Made by a program: the position numbers and the translations under genes. A stretch of 62,613 nucleotides of DNA, filler included, from Choristocarpus tenellus KU-1152 (Eukaryota; Protista; Phaeophyceae), in the NCBI GenBank assembly GCA_964200185.2. It is 10 parts of 10 records of this genome, joined end to end, with 100 filler letters (N's around TTAATTAATTAA, not from the genome) between each part and the next. Parts side by side here need not be neighbours in the genome. Positions count along the whole stretch, not along the records: positions 23,531 to 31,983 come from CAXNAD020004693.1; positions 32,084 to 40,494 come from CAXNAD020004744.1; 8 more parts are not named here. The stretch is one strand, 5' to 3'. The notes below the pieces were generated by a model, which had not been told where the DNA came from, did not search any database, and saw only the letters and a list, made by a program, of their open reading frames with translations. Below are positions 24,610 through 37,129 of the stretch, piece by piece. Within the stretch, counting starts at the first letter, position 1, and the number at the start of each line of letters is the position of its first letter.

Positions 24610-27600
24610 TCGTGTAGCTCTCCACCAAAGAGGAAGTCAAAGAGTGGATTGTTCCTCTCCCTCTGTCGAATCATGTCCTCAAACTTACCACCATTTCTGG
24701 AGACATAATCTGCAAGCTTGTCTACCCTCTCAGCATCCCTGCGAGCCAGGAGAGAATATTCCATTTTTTATTTTTATTTTTTAAATGTAATGAACAAAAA
24801 CAAACATATATTTATTTATATTTTATTTATGTATATAATCCCTCTGTTCATTTACAAATACCACATACATCTATAATTTTACAATGTATGTATGTATGTA
24901 TGTATGTATGTATGTATGTATGTATGTATGTATGTATATGAGGAATATATTTTCAAAAAAATACTTGAAAACATGCGTAGAATTGAGAGAGACTGGAGTG
25001 ACAGTATCTCAGAGAGGGGTAGGGTAGTTGAGTAGGAGTGGATTCTTGTTAATGTTAATGTTAATATTAATGTTACTGTTAATGTGTTTTGAGTGAGTCC
25101 TGCTGTTATGGTTATTTTTGTTAATGGTGATCTTGATTTTGACAAACAAGGTGTTCACAGGTGATCTTCCCTGTCCCAGTACCACCCTCTAAAGGGAATT
25201 AGTTGGTTATCTTGTTTCCTCTCCTTCTACACGGGTCATACCAAGGTTATAGGGTTATAGGGTTAGGGGTGATACTATCAAAATTAAACAGGTGATACTA
25301 TTAATAAGAAATAGGTGATACTGTTAATAACAAACAGGTGATACTCTTAATAACACAGAGCAATGAGTAGGCGCCGATTTTGGCCAATTGAGGTACAGTA
25401 GGATACTAGATATACCTTATACTGTCAAAGCTCCGCAACTCCTAACCCTAACACCTACTGGTGGTAGAAGCAAATTCCACATACACCCTAACTCTATTAA
25501 TATCCCAAGTATGTGTTAGTTTTAGTTGAGACCATCCCATTCCACATACACCCTAACCCTATTAATATCCCAAGTATGTGTTAGGGTTAGGGTTAGTTGA
25601 GACCATCTCATCGGAAATATTATTTTTCAACAGAGTCCCATGATAGTGATAGCCCCCATGATAGTGATAGTGGTTGTCCACACAACACTGACACAAAGGT
25701 ACTTACTTTGGAAATGTACCTCTTCTTGTCAAGTGTACAAAAAGGTACTCCATTTCACCTTCTGTCAGATTCTTCACCGCCAACACAACCAATCACAACC
25801 AATCACAACCAATCACAACCAATCACAACCAATCACAACCAATCACAACCAATACAACCAAGACCACCACCAATACAATCACAATACAACTGCCACACCT
25901 ACAGACACATCAACCCTAATGACTGCCCCAAACCTACACCTAATGACTATACCTAACCTACACCTAATAGCTATACTAACCTAAACCTAATAGCTATACC
26001 TAACCTACACCTAATGACTATCCCAAACCTAAACCTAATAGCTATACTAACCTAAACCTAATAGCTATACCTAACCTACACCTAATAGCTATACTAACCT
26101 AAACCTAATAGCTATTCTAACCTAAACCTAATAGCTATACCTAACCTAAACCTAATAGCTATTCTAACCTAAACCTAATAGCTATACTAACCTAAACCTA
26201 ATAGCTATACCTAACCTACACCTAATGACTATCCCAAACCTAAACCTAATAGCTATACCTAACCTACACCTAATAGCTATACTAACCTAAACCTAATAGC
26301 TATACCTAACCTAAACCTAATGACTATCCCAAACCTACACTAAATAGCTATACCAAACCTGTACCTGTTAGCTATACCTATTAGCCAGCCTCCTCAATGG
26401 TAGTTTATTTCTTAGTCATACCGTATTGACTAGAAAAAAAAAAGTGCCATTCAAAACCCTAACCCTAACCCTCAGTACACCACACTCCGCCTGTTTAGCA
26501 AAGTTCTCACCTGGGGTCCGAAGGAGGAGGAGTGGGAGTAACCCCAGGAGGAGTTTGTACAAATCCCTGAGGCGGTGGTAGTGGTTGCTGGGGGTGCTGG
26601 GGGTGCTGCTGCTGAGGGGGGTGCTGAAGGTGTTGATTTGGGGGTGTCCCCCATGACTGCTGTGTTTTCAATATTGTACCACCCCACCAAAGGATGGAAG
26701 GAAGGAAGGAATGGAGGGAGACCAACAGGGACAAAAAACACGCAACACACACAACACATACACAACACACGCGCACACAACATGCGAACAACACGTAACA
26801 TGCACAACACAAACACAGATACAAACACAGCACACAACCCACAAAACACCCACACAACACACACACACACACACAACACATCCACATCACATACACATCC
26901 ACATGCAACACCCACACAACCCAACACAAATAAGGCACGCATGCACACACAGCAGGCCATAAAAGCATCACAAGAAATGAAGTTGATGTCATGTGCTACA
27001 GAGTACAATACGGTGTGCTATGAAATTGTGTAAAAACATCAAACTGCATGGCTTCACGCCTGTCCTTCACTTTCACCACCAATACCCTAATCCTAACCCT
27101 AACCCACTACAATCTAATCATACCAACCACTCTAACAGGAAGCATGCCTCACACATGACAAAACTACACAACCAATAATAATTACCAATAATAGTAATAA
27201 AAATAATATTATCACCGTCTAAGAAAAAAAGAAGTCTACCAATTGGCTGTAAATCACACCAATTCAATCACTTTCAAATTTAAATTCAAAACTGAAAAAA
27301 AAAAGTTCAATCGGAATCCAAACAAAATATCACCAATCATAATCTTTCATGACCCAGCGACGCTTGTCCCGCCCCTAACATTTTCTTTTAACATTTTCTT
27401 TTAACATTTTTTTTAACATTTTCTTTTTTAACACTCACAATTTCATCATTTCTTTTTCTTGAATATACAGCACATAAAAACAAAACACACACACACAAAC
27501 ACAATAGATATATATATACTCCTGACAGACGCCTTCCATGCACAACACTAAGAGCAACGCCTGCTCCCAATCAGAGGTCTGCTCGGCTGTTAGTAATGCT

Positions 27601-30600
27601 CCACTTGCCTGGGGATGGGCAACTGGGTAAGGACCACGATGTTGCTGTGGGAGGGGCTGTTGTTGACCCTGACCACCAGGTGGGGGAGGCTGCTGCTGCT
27701 GTGGAGGCTGCTGCATGTACCCAGGGTGACCACCAAGCTGTGGCTGCGGCTGTTGCTGTAAGGGCTGTGGATACGCCTGCCATACAATAACAACATACGG
27801 TACAGTAGTACGATACAGCAGTGTTGATTGAATAACAATAATAATAATAATAGTAATAACAATAAAAAATAATAATAATTGTACCGAATTTTTCAGCATC
27901 ATAGAGGGTAGATAAATTACATTCTCAGAAAAAAAACATTCACACATACAAAAATAAATATATATTTCAAAACCACGGAAAAACCTAACGACTTCAATTC
28001 AAAGCCGTTTTCAAAATTAAAAAATATTATCATCTTCCTCCACTATTCACAAACAATTAAAAAAAAAAGGTACTATCGATACACGGCACCAGCTTCATAC
28101 CCCAATTTGTCAACAAGGTACTTTGTCAACAAAGGGTACACCACAGAGAGCAAAGTACCAAATTGGACAGGGTCTTCACTCTTGCCATAGATGACACACC
28201 TAACCCTAGCCCTAACCCTAACCCTATGCCGCACATAACCTATGAAGAGCTCTCACCGGCATCAGCTGAGGCCCAGGCTGTCCAAATGGCATCTGCTGTT
28301 GAGGCATCTGCTGCGCTGGGATTGTCTGGGGATGGGGGGATGGGGGGATGGGGGGGTGGAGTCGAGTGGATTTAGCATTAGGGAGAGTGGATGCACAAAA
28401 CAAACTGCGACTGAAGCAAGTCTACTATTAAAACACTCTACTATTTAAACACACTCAAGGTTGGTGATAATATGCGCAACTGCAGTAAGAGCACTGTGAA
28501 TGTCTTGACCGTGTCTTTCAATGCAAATACAGGAGTACCTTCAATTGTACATAGCAGTACCTTTTACTGACAAGATTTTTGTAGAAGACAGAAGCGCATT
28601 TTATTGTACAAGGCACTACCTTCTAAAGTAGACAAGAGTACCATATATTGTATACAAAATAGTACCTTTTGGTGTACACAAATAGTACCTTTTATTGTAC
28701 AATAATAATACCTTTCATTGTACAGGAAATAGTACCTTATATTGTATACAAAATAGTACCTTTTATTGTACAATAATAATACCTTTCATTGTACACGAAA
28801 TAGTACCTTTTATTGTACAATAATAATACCTTTCATTGTACACAAAATAGTACCTTATATTGTATACAAAATAGTACCTTTTGGTGTACACATATTAGTA
28901 CCTTTTATTGAACACATAATGTACTACACATTGTAAGCAGAATAGTACCTTTTATTGTATATAAAATAGTACATTCATTGTACATATAGTAGTACCTTAT
29001 ACTCTACATACAACAGTACCTTCATCATACCCACCAATACCTCACTTCAAAAACAAAAAATATGGAACATCATACCAAAAAAGGGTGCAATTCAAAACAT
29101 CATACCAAAAAGGGTACAATTCAAAACATCATACCAAAAAAGGGTACAATTCAAAAATAAATACAATCATAGGAAAAAGGGCATCAGGGGGGCGCGAGCT
29201 CATAGTAGATACAGCCCAGGGGCAGTAGACTCACCTGAGGGATCTGTATTTGAGGCTGGTGCACATAGGGCTGAGGATGTCCCTGCTGCTAATAATAAAA
29301 AAGAAAAAATGTTCAAAAAATTAAAAAAGAAAAAGAAAATGGAAGCAAGGGAAAAGAAGAAGGCAATCAGGACCCATAAGATGACAGATTGATTTCTCTA
29401 TTGTCATTTGAAAGTTTTCCAACACAATTCGGAAACACATATATATGTATATATATATATATATATTTATGTATGTATGTATGTATATATCAAACACATT
29501 TGAATAAAAAATAACAAAATTTTCAATATACTTGACCGCCATCCATAAAATGCAACTCTGTCTGACTCATGCTCCAACACCTTCCAAAAAATAAATGAGT
29601 GAAAGTATGTTAGGGTTAGGGTTAGGGTTAGGGTACGATTCTTGCCCTCTTTGTCCGTTTGGGGCCTGGCTTCCCTCGGATTTTTTTTTATGACGTATTT
29701 CTAGTCCAAAATATTTTGGAGTAGGTAAAATGTGTACGTTATGAATAGGTGTGTCCGAAACAAGGATATTGACACTTCCTATCGAACACGATAGCCAAAA
29801 TTACATCGAAATCACAACATTGGATTTTGACCCCCAAATGGACGCAGCTCTACCCTCTAGGATGCTTTGGCTCAAATTTATGTATTCCTTTTTTATTTAT
29901 TCTCTTATTGCAATTTTATTCTTTTCACCTTCACATCCTTTGATTTATTTTAATTTTCATCTGGTGCTGCTGGTCCAGATGTGTGAGAGATGAACATAAT
30001 ATTGATAGGAATGATAAACATAGTACTTGATAGGAATGATAAACATAATATTGATAGGAATGATAAACATAGTATTTGATAGGAATGATAAACATAATAT
30101 TGATAGGAATGATAAACATAGTATTGATAGGAATGATAAACATAATATTGATAGGAATGATAAACATAACATTGATAGGGATCATTCCAACAGTGTAATA
30201 CAAGAACGATCTAGTCTCTCTCCGACCAACGTCTACGGTAAGTTTCACAAAAGTTTAACAAAAGTTTCACAAAAAAATACTCATATCATACTTGAACACA
30301 CAAACATACTTACATCATACTTGTCATGAAGCTATCAAAGCTATCCCAGTACCCCCAACCTCTGAGTACAGTGCAAACTAGACACGACCTAGACACAACC
30401 TAGACAGGGCAGCAGAGGCAATCGACCTACATCAACATCTCAAATAGCACTAGCCTTCAAGAAACGTTAAGTCGATTTAACCATCAACACTACCATGACC
30501 ATACAGTTACATACACACTACTCTCACCACTGTCTGCCCAAAACTCCAAGACCCTGCCTGCCCACAGCCCTAACCCTAAGCACTTACACAGGACTGGGAA

Positions 30601-31849
30601 GCAGTACTTTAAGGCAATCAATCACAGACCGGGCAAGGCACATGCTACACTCCCTGACTCATTGCTGAGTGCGCCGATCACCCCTAAGTTATCCTTAAGT
30701 TATCCCCAAGTTCAGCCTGATATCTGCACACATTAAGAGTCGACTCAACTCTATGCAAAAGGTACATCTCTTCTTATCAAAACACTTGACATAACTTGCC
30801 CATAGTACATTAAGTACCTCTTTCCTTGGAGTCTCTAGTGTACAGTCCTCTGCTACTGTAACATGTGATGGCCACGGTCATGGTCATGAGACCTTTTTCA
30901 ACTTCAACTAACCACATTGCAGTCATTTACTTGCTCTAATTGTTATTGCTTACTCTAATTATTTCTACTTACTATAATGGATAATACTTAATAAAATTGA
31001 TAACACTTACTATAATTGATAATACTATAATTTTTACTTACTATAATTCGTAACATTTTCTCTAAATGTTTCTTACTCTAATTGTTAAGTACTCGACTTC
31101 ATAATACTTGCTCTAATTGATACAAATTGTTCCAATTGTTATTACTTCCTCCAATTGTTATTATTTGACGCCACTACTACCGTTGCACTACTTCCATTTT
31201 AAAAAAATCACTATGGATAAATATTTTTGCACAATATTGCAGCATTATTTTCAAGCACACCTTACTACCACTAAATATTTCTAGCTTTGTATTGCTGCAA
31301 TGCATCCAATATTTTTTATCTTAACCTCAGTATACACACACATAAACTTTTGTTTTAAATTCTTACCCTCAGTATACACACACATATACTTTTGTTTTAA
31401 TTCTTAACCTCAGTATACACACACATAAACTTTTGTTTTAAATTACCCTCAGTATACACACACATACACTTTTGCTTTTAATTCTTAACCTCAGCATACA
31501 CACATAAACACACTTTTTAAAAATCCTTCCTCTCAATATACACACAAATACACTTTTGTAAATTCTTAACCTCAGTACACATACACATACACATAAACTT
31601 TTGTTTTTAATTCTTACCCTCAATATACACACACCTAAACTTTTTCTTAATTCTCAAAACCTTTGGTACATTTGAATAGACACACACACTGTATATATCA
31701 CACTCACAGATAAAGAAGAAAAAAACATAAACACGCCTACATACAATCTCCATCCAGAGTAGTAAATTAGAAAAAAAGAAAAAGAAAAATCACACCTGTG
31801 GAGGAGGGTGGTGAACCACATAGGGCGGGGTGGAACGCTGCAGCATTCC
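24610..31849 (-). CDS. SURP/SWAP-domain splicing factor (CHERP-like), P/Q-rich region plus SURP domain; internal fragment
   Basis: Exons 31849-31796, 29282-29235, 28325-28257, 27776-27609 (GC donor), 26659-26511 and 24738-24610 splice in frame. The product is P/Q/H-rich, then PPSDPRDAERVDKLADYVSRNGGKFEDMIRQRERNNPLFDFLFGGELH, matching the SURP consensus (IDKLA.FV.RNG..FE......NP.F.FL). Confidence 0.85.
25787..25858. repeat. (ACAACCAATC)n, 10-bp repeat, about 7 copies
   Basis: Read directly from the sequence. Confidence 0.9.
25915..26365. repeat. 23-24 bp minisatellite built from CCTAA-like motifs, about 19 copies
   Basis: Variants acctaaacctaatagctatacta, acctacacctaatagctatacta and acctacacctaatgactatcccaa. 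Confidence 0.9.
28535..29025. repeat. 22-bp minisatellite (aaatagtaccttttattgtaca), about 20 copies
   Basis: Direct tandem repetition with degenerate ends. Confidence 0.85.
29067..29156. repeat. 29-bp tandem repeat x3
   Basis: Unit aacatcataccaaaaagggtacaattcaa. Confidence 0.85.
29597..29873 (+). mobile_element. MITE family B (about 270 bp; ends AAAGTATCTTAGAGGG / CCCTCTAAGATACTTTGGCTC)
   Basis: Colinear with 34154-34420 and a partial copy at 49767-49840. This copy has (TTAGGG)4 inside its left TIR. Confidence 0.7.
29993..30180. repeat. 24-25 bp tandem repeat, about 8 copies
   Basis: Unit aacata(a/g)tattgataggaatgata. Confidence 0.9.
31318..31650. repeat. About 41-bp tandem repeat x8
   Basis: Unit ttcttaacctcagtatacacacacataaacttttgttttaa. 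Confidence 0.85.
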
Positions 31850-32099
31850 CTGTTAGGGTTTTGTTCACCAAAATAAAAATAAAAAAGAGGATGAGGGGGG
31901 GGGGGGGGGCAAAGCAACACAAAAATTATATGAGCTTTCGGGGCGAACACCAAACGTGAATAATTCTGTCATTTAAAAAAAAANNNNNNNNNNNNNNNNN
32001 NNNNNNNNNNNNNNNNNNNNNNNNNNNTTAATTAATTAANNNNNNNNNNNNNNNNNNNNNNNNNNNNNNNNNNNNNNNNNNNNTTTACAACATAACTCT

Positions 32100-32273
32100 G
32101 ACTAAAAGTATCTGCGGGGGGGGGAACCACACCAGAGTGTCCATTTGGACCATAACCAGGAAAAGTGCACTTTCATTATACAACCAAGGAATGGGACCAA
32201 ATCACCCAAAATCGTGACATGAAAAAATTGGTCCCAAATGGACAGCCGCCACCCCCCCCAGATACTTTGAGCC
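32100..32273 (+). mobile_element. MITE family A (about 175 bp, TIR GGYTCAAAGTATCT(G)n)
   Basis: Inverted ends aaagtatctg(g)n and (c)n-agatactttgagcc. The internal sequence is shared with copies at 33832, 40643, 43333 and 62403. Confidence 0.7.
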
Positions 32274-33167
32274 TCTGTTGGGCCAACTAGGCGTGTTTGC
32301 ATTTTCCAACAACCTCCAGCAAGACCCCAAAGTTTAATCGATAGCTGCACATCTGTAGTAGGTGAGCAATGTTGGCACAACCTTTTTTTGAACAGATGAT
32401 TGGATGGGTATCTAATTTTTTTTTACATGAACAGGTTGTAGCCAATTGACTGACTTAGATAGTGCTCCTCACTGAACTCACCAATGTTAGCGCCAGTCTG
32501 AATGAGTTACATATTTGATATGGAGTACTTGATATGCAACAAACCAATCAACTGGAGTAGTGTGTATAAGGAACTGCTTACTTTGAGAAGCTTGTGCGAA
32601 GGACAGAAAAAAATGGCTGAAATCTGCAAGGCACAGGTTCACCGTCCCCGTATGAAACATATGACTGACTCCACGGCAGGTCAAATGTCTGCCTGGTTTT
32701 TGTATGGTATGTCTTTTTTTATACATGTGGACTGTACTCAAGAAGATTGAGCTATTCTATTGAATCAAACTAGATGAAAAGGACATGCTTGAGATATCGA
32801 TATGCTTTTTGACTGATGTGCTACTTTATCTGGGTAATATAATTCAACTTTGAACTGTTGCTGTCCAATTTGGAGAATCTTACAAAAAAAAGTACCCTCT
32901 AAAACATGAGGGTTTCTGAATGGTGTTAAATCAATTCCGCCTCATTTCCCACCTGGCTAATTTGATTGCTGGTGAGGGTAAGCCGCGATTAGTTGGTTTT
33001 CGTGCCTCAGTTATTCTACATGCATGGTTTATTTGTACTGATATGATCACAGTTGTTTGCTAGGAACCTATGTACCTCATTATGATGAACCCATCAGTGC
33101 AGTGCCTGTACAATGTACATGACACCCCTTCATTTATGTTATCCCAATTTGACATGCATGTTGGCAG

Positions 33168-35483
33168 GACTTCCGCTTGAAGTGTGTTTCAGAAAGCTTG
33201 GGAATGATGTGCCACAACGAAAAGATTGCAGTGAAAGATGGCAGGAACTTTGCAATGGATGCTGTGCAAGCTTTGAGTGGTTTCCTGTTCAAGGAAGGCG
33301 AGCAATGGCCAGATATGATTTTTAGCACCATAGTCGAGATGTATACTTTGAGGGGTCCAGGAAATATGGCCATGAAGGTGTGAGTGGGTGAAGCCAGGCG
33401 CGTGATGATGGTTTGTGCCATTGATTGTGTGCATTTTTTTGAAATGTTTTGTTTTTGTGCTAGAGGTAGTTGTTATAATCATTGTAACTGTTTCATTATG
33501 CATTTGTTGAAGTCTCAGACTTGCTGTGAAATGGATGTTGAGGGAAGTACAATAAGAAAAAAATGCAATAAATTGTGATTCAAATTTCCTGCTCAAGTGA
33601 TAGTTGAAGGTTAATATTTATGCAACCTTTAGATCTCTGCCTTGCCTAGGGTTTTTGGATACAACCAATATCAGTTAAAGTGTATTGCCACACCTTCACA
33701 TCCCATGCCAGGGAAGCAGACTTCTAGCGAGGTTGCTTGTTTCTGAGGCTCTCACTTCCGATTACTGTTGAACAGATATATATTTTGCATTGACTATCCC
33801 ACCAAAGTTTTTTTGATCTTTTTCTGTAGCTGGCTCAAAATATCCGTGGGGGGGGGAGATGTCTACGACAGGGTGTCCTTTCGGGCCCTGACCTGGAGAA
33901 GTGAACTGGGAGTATCCATCCGACACATGCGACCAAATCATCCAGAAATTGCAACATGGAAAAATTGGCCCCGAATGGACAGATTTCATCCCCCCCCCCA
34001 GATACTTTGAACCATTTGCAATGTACTGTAGCAGGTTGTGCAGCTTTTTGGGGCAGTTGGAAGTGGGCACAATATAAAGAAGTTTATTGCCCTGGGATTG
34101 TGAGACTTATTGCGTATTATGGGTATTGGTGTATGGTTTTGGAGTTGTAAGCTTAGTGAAAGTATCTAGGAGGGTACGAGCTTTGTCCTGTTTGTCTAAT
34201 GTCCATTTGGGGCTTGGTTTCCCACGGGGTTTTTTTATGACATTTTCCCACTCCAAAATGTTTTGGAGTAGGTCAAATGTATACGATATGAAAAGGTGTG
34301 TCCGGAAGAAGGATATTGACACTTCCTAACAAACATGATAGCCACAATTACATAAAAATCACAACAATGGATTTTGGTCCCCAAATGGATGTGGCCCCAC
34401 CCTCTAAGATACTTTGGCTCAGCTCCCTGTACAGCTTTAGCTTTGAGGACCAAGTTTGAGGTTGGGAGTTGTACGTATGTAATGGTTTTCCGCTTGCAGT
34501 ATTTTGAATATTGCTGGATATTGTAGCTCATACAATTTACATAATGTTTCACAAATGCGATTAGTAAATGCTTGGAATTCATTTTATGGCCTAGTTAAAG
34601 GCAAAAGGTAAGACTTACCATCAGACAGTTACATAACCTTTGTGGCGCATTTTCCCTTTCTTTTTCTTAGATGGACGTACCTAGTGAAACAGCACTCCAA
34701 AGGCATCTCCACTACCCCCTTAACAAAGCATAAACTCACCCTTTTGCCCTGTGTTCTTGTGTGTTCTAGATGCTGTGAACGACCTAACCGAAATTTGATC
34801 TAGAAACAATGCATGATCCAACCGTCATTGTTTGGGATCAACACTAATATAAATGCAGGTATTCAGGAAAGGGATTCCCCCTGAATGGAAAGGTACCCGA
34901 GTCCATGAACACACTGGTAAGAGGGTTTATTGTGATATAAAGTCCTTGAGGTTAAACCACCAGTGCATGTGGTGAGGTTGGATTTGTTGCTGGAATCCCA
35001 AGTTTCTGGGATAGGCAATGGGATCACTCAAAGCTACTCACAGTGAGTGAGACCTTCTAATTTTAGAAGAGGTTGAACAAGTTGTGGTACTATGGTGAGT
35101 GATACTATTTGAGAGGTCTCTATGCCTTCCTAGTGGAGATTGTATTTTTAGGAGTGCGGATGGTCCTTTCATTCAACGATACGATTACAGCTATTCTTCT
35201 CTGTTTCAGCTATGCCTTCTGGATGATTTCTAGCTGCCTTTCAGCTATGTGCAAGTGTATTTTGAAGTATATGAGAGTTTTGAGTTTAAAACGTTTCCCC
35301 CTCAAACTCCTGGTCTCAATGTTTTTTTGACAGACCACCCCAGGCGCGTTAATGTACACCAACCCCTCACTCCCTGCTCTGGACGATTGGAGTGGAGAAA
35401 AGTTCTCACCACAGGAGTACAGGACCACCATCGAGGCCTTAAAAAATGGAGACGATCGTGTAGCATTCCTGAGCGTCTATCCT
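33168..35483 (+). CDS. Two putative in-phase exons of an unidentified (possibly decaying) gene
   Basis: 33168-33377 (ggcag|DFRLKCVSE...GNMAMK|gtgtga, 70 codons) and 35334-35483 (ttttgacag|TTPGALMYTNP...FLSVYP|gtgaga, 50 codons) are both open and phase 0. No family was recognised. Confidence 0.35.
33832..34013 (+). mobile_element. MITE family A copy
   Basis: ggctcaaaatatccgt(g)n ... (c)n-agatactttgaacc, colinear with 32100-32273. Confidence 0.7.
34154..34420 (+). mobile_element. MITE family B copy
   Basis: gtgaaagtatctaggaggg ... ccctctaagatactttggctc, with high similarity to 29597-29873. Confidence 0.7.
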
Positions 35484-37129
35484 GTGAGACCACAGCTTAC
35501 AATTTGTCCTGCATTTTTTTTTTGTACAAACCAACTTTCCACAAACACACCAAACGCGTTTATGTACGATTTCTGCATATCTGATGTTGTGCACATGTTC
35601 GTTTTTGGTGTGGTGATGTAGAAGTTCCACTGGAAATCCTAGCAAACAAGCGCCTATGGGTTTATTTGATTGGAGGAAATGAACTGATGGAACATACTCT
35701 TTGACTGGTATTTCTTTTGCCTGGGTCTTACCCTATTCTTTCCTGAAGTAGTACATATCAGGCAGGGTCATGTTAGTTGCTGAGCTCAACCAAATTTGGG
35801 TGCCAAGTTCATTCATCACTGGGTATATTGCGGAGGTGGGCCACGGGTCTGGTGGAACATTGCCTCAAGGATAGTTTCAACAGAGCTCCGTTTCCTAGGA
35901 TAAGTCATCATTACCCAAGACAGAGTTGATACTCATTAGAGTGTTGTGCGCGAAAACGTATTGGGATCAAAATGGACATAGATTGCATCAATGCTGGCTC
36001 TCCTAGCTTGAAAGGGTTGTCCATGTCATAATCATGACAATAATAATTATGCGTTGACTTGAACAGTGATATTATCTACTCTGAGTACACCCTTGCTCAA
36101 ATGTACAAAACACTAATTATTAGTTGAGTACTCGAAAATGTTTTGCGATTGAAGTCCCAAGCTTCTCATGGAGAAGAGCAATATTTTCATGGTGGGCCTG
36201 TGAAAGCTAGCAGTGCCTACTACATCAGAGCTAGAAACAGTGATGGGCCCAGTGCTAGCGGATGCTTAAACGAATAAACTGACATTGGCCGCAACCCCCG
36301 ACAGATGTATATGGCGATGATTCATCAGAATGTAAACAAAGGCAAGGTTGAGGGTCTTCACTTCCACCGTGAAGCCCATAATGAATTCGAGTCCTACGGA
36401 GGCGCTAAGGAGGTGATATCTGATGTGATCGACATGATAGAGCAGGTGAAGCAAATTGCAATGGCAATATTTTAGAAGAGGGTCATTTGATTATTCATCA
36501 TGTTAAACCTTTCCAGTTTTGGTATTGAAATTCTGCAGCCTGGTGAAAAGGACATTTTTTCCCCCACTACTTACGGTTGCATCAAGGACACCCTCTAAGT
36601 CACCATCAAACGCAGAAATGATAGCAGACAAACAATTTACATGCTGTAAATTCGACTTCCTTACTGACAGACTTTGTCGGCTTAGTAACAATATTTGTAG
36701 CTGTTCCTCAAGGTGTTGAGTAAAATATTTTCAACCATTGTCACACCACCCTATTTTTAGTATGTGTGTTGTGGTGCCTCCTCCCTTTTGTTGGATCTCT
36801 GTGAAGTATTTGAGTAGACTGAACAGGAAACAGTAGAACATTTTCTCCACTTTTCAAAAATGATTATGTTGTCGAAGTGAGAAAGATTCTGTGTTTTGCC
36901 ATGGTACGATTAAGGGTGTGATAACAATTCTACCTGTTGCCTACTTCTTGACAACATTTTTCAATTGTAGTGTTGAGAAGTTTCAGACCTATTGTCTCAA
37001 TATTATATTGTTACGTCCTTTGGCGTTTTGTAGATGCGTGAGGGGAAAAATCAATGAAAAGCCAATTGAATATCAGAACAACGCCTTACAAAAGTATCAC
37101 TTGTCGTGGAGGTGAAAGACATATTTCTA

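Noticed and set aside
19180-30329. C/V-, H/T-, I/Y-rich ORFs
   Set aside because: They are translations of (CA)n, (CATA)n, (AAT)n and minisatellites.
18384-31650. Regularly spaced repeats as a CRISPR-like array
   Set aside because: The units are head-to-tail with no unique spacers, there are no cas genes, and they lie in spliceosomal introns.
16923-31983. Contaminant organism
   Set aside because: This region shares MITE family B and splice-site style with the other contigs. Contamination is disfavoured but not formally excluded without coverage data.
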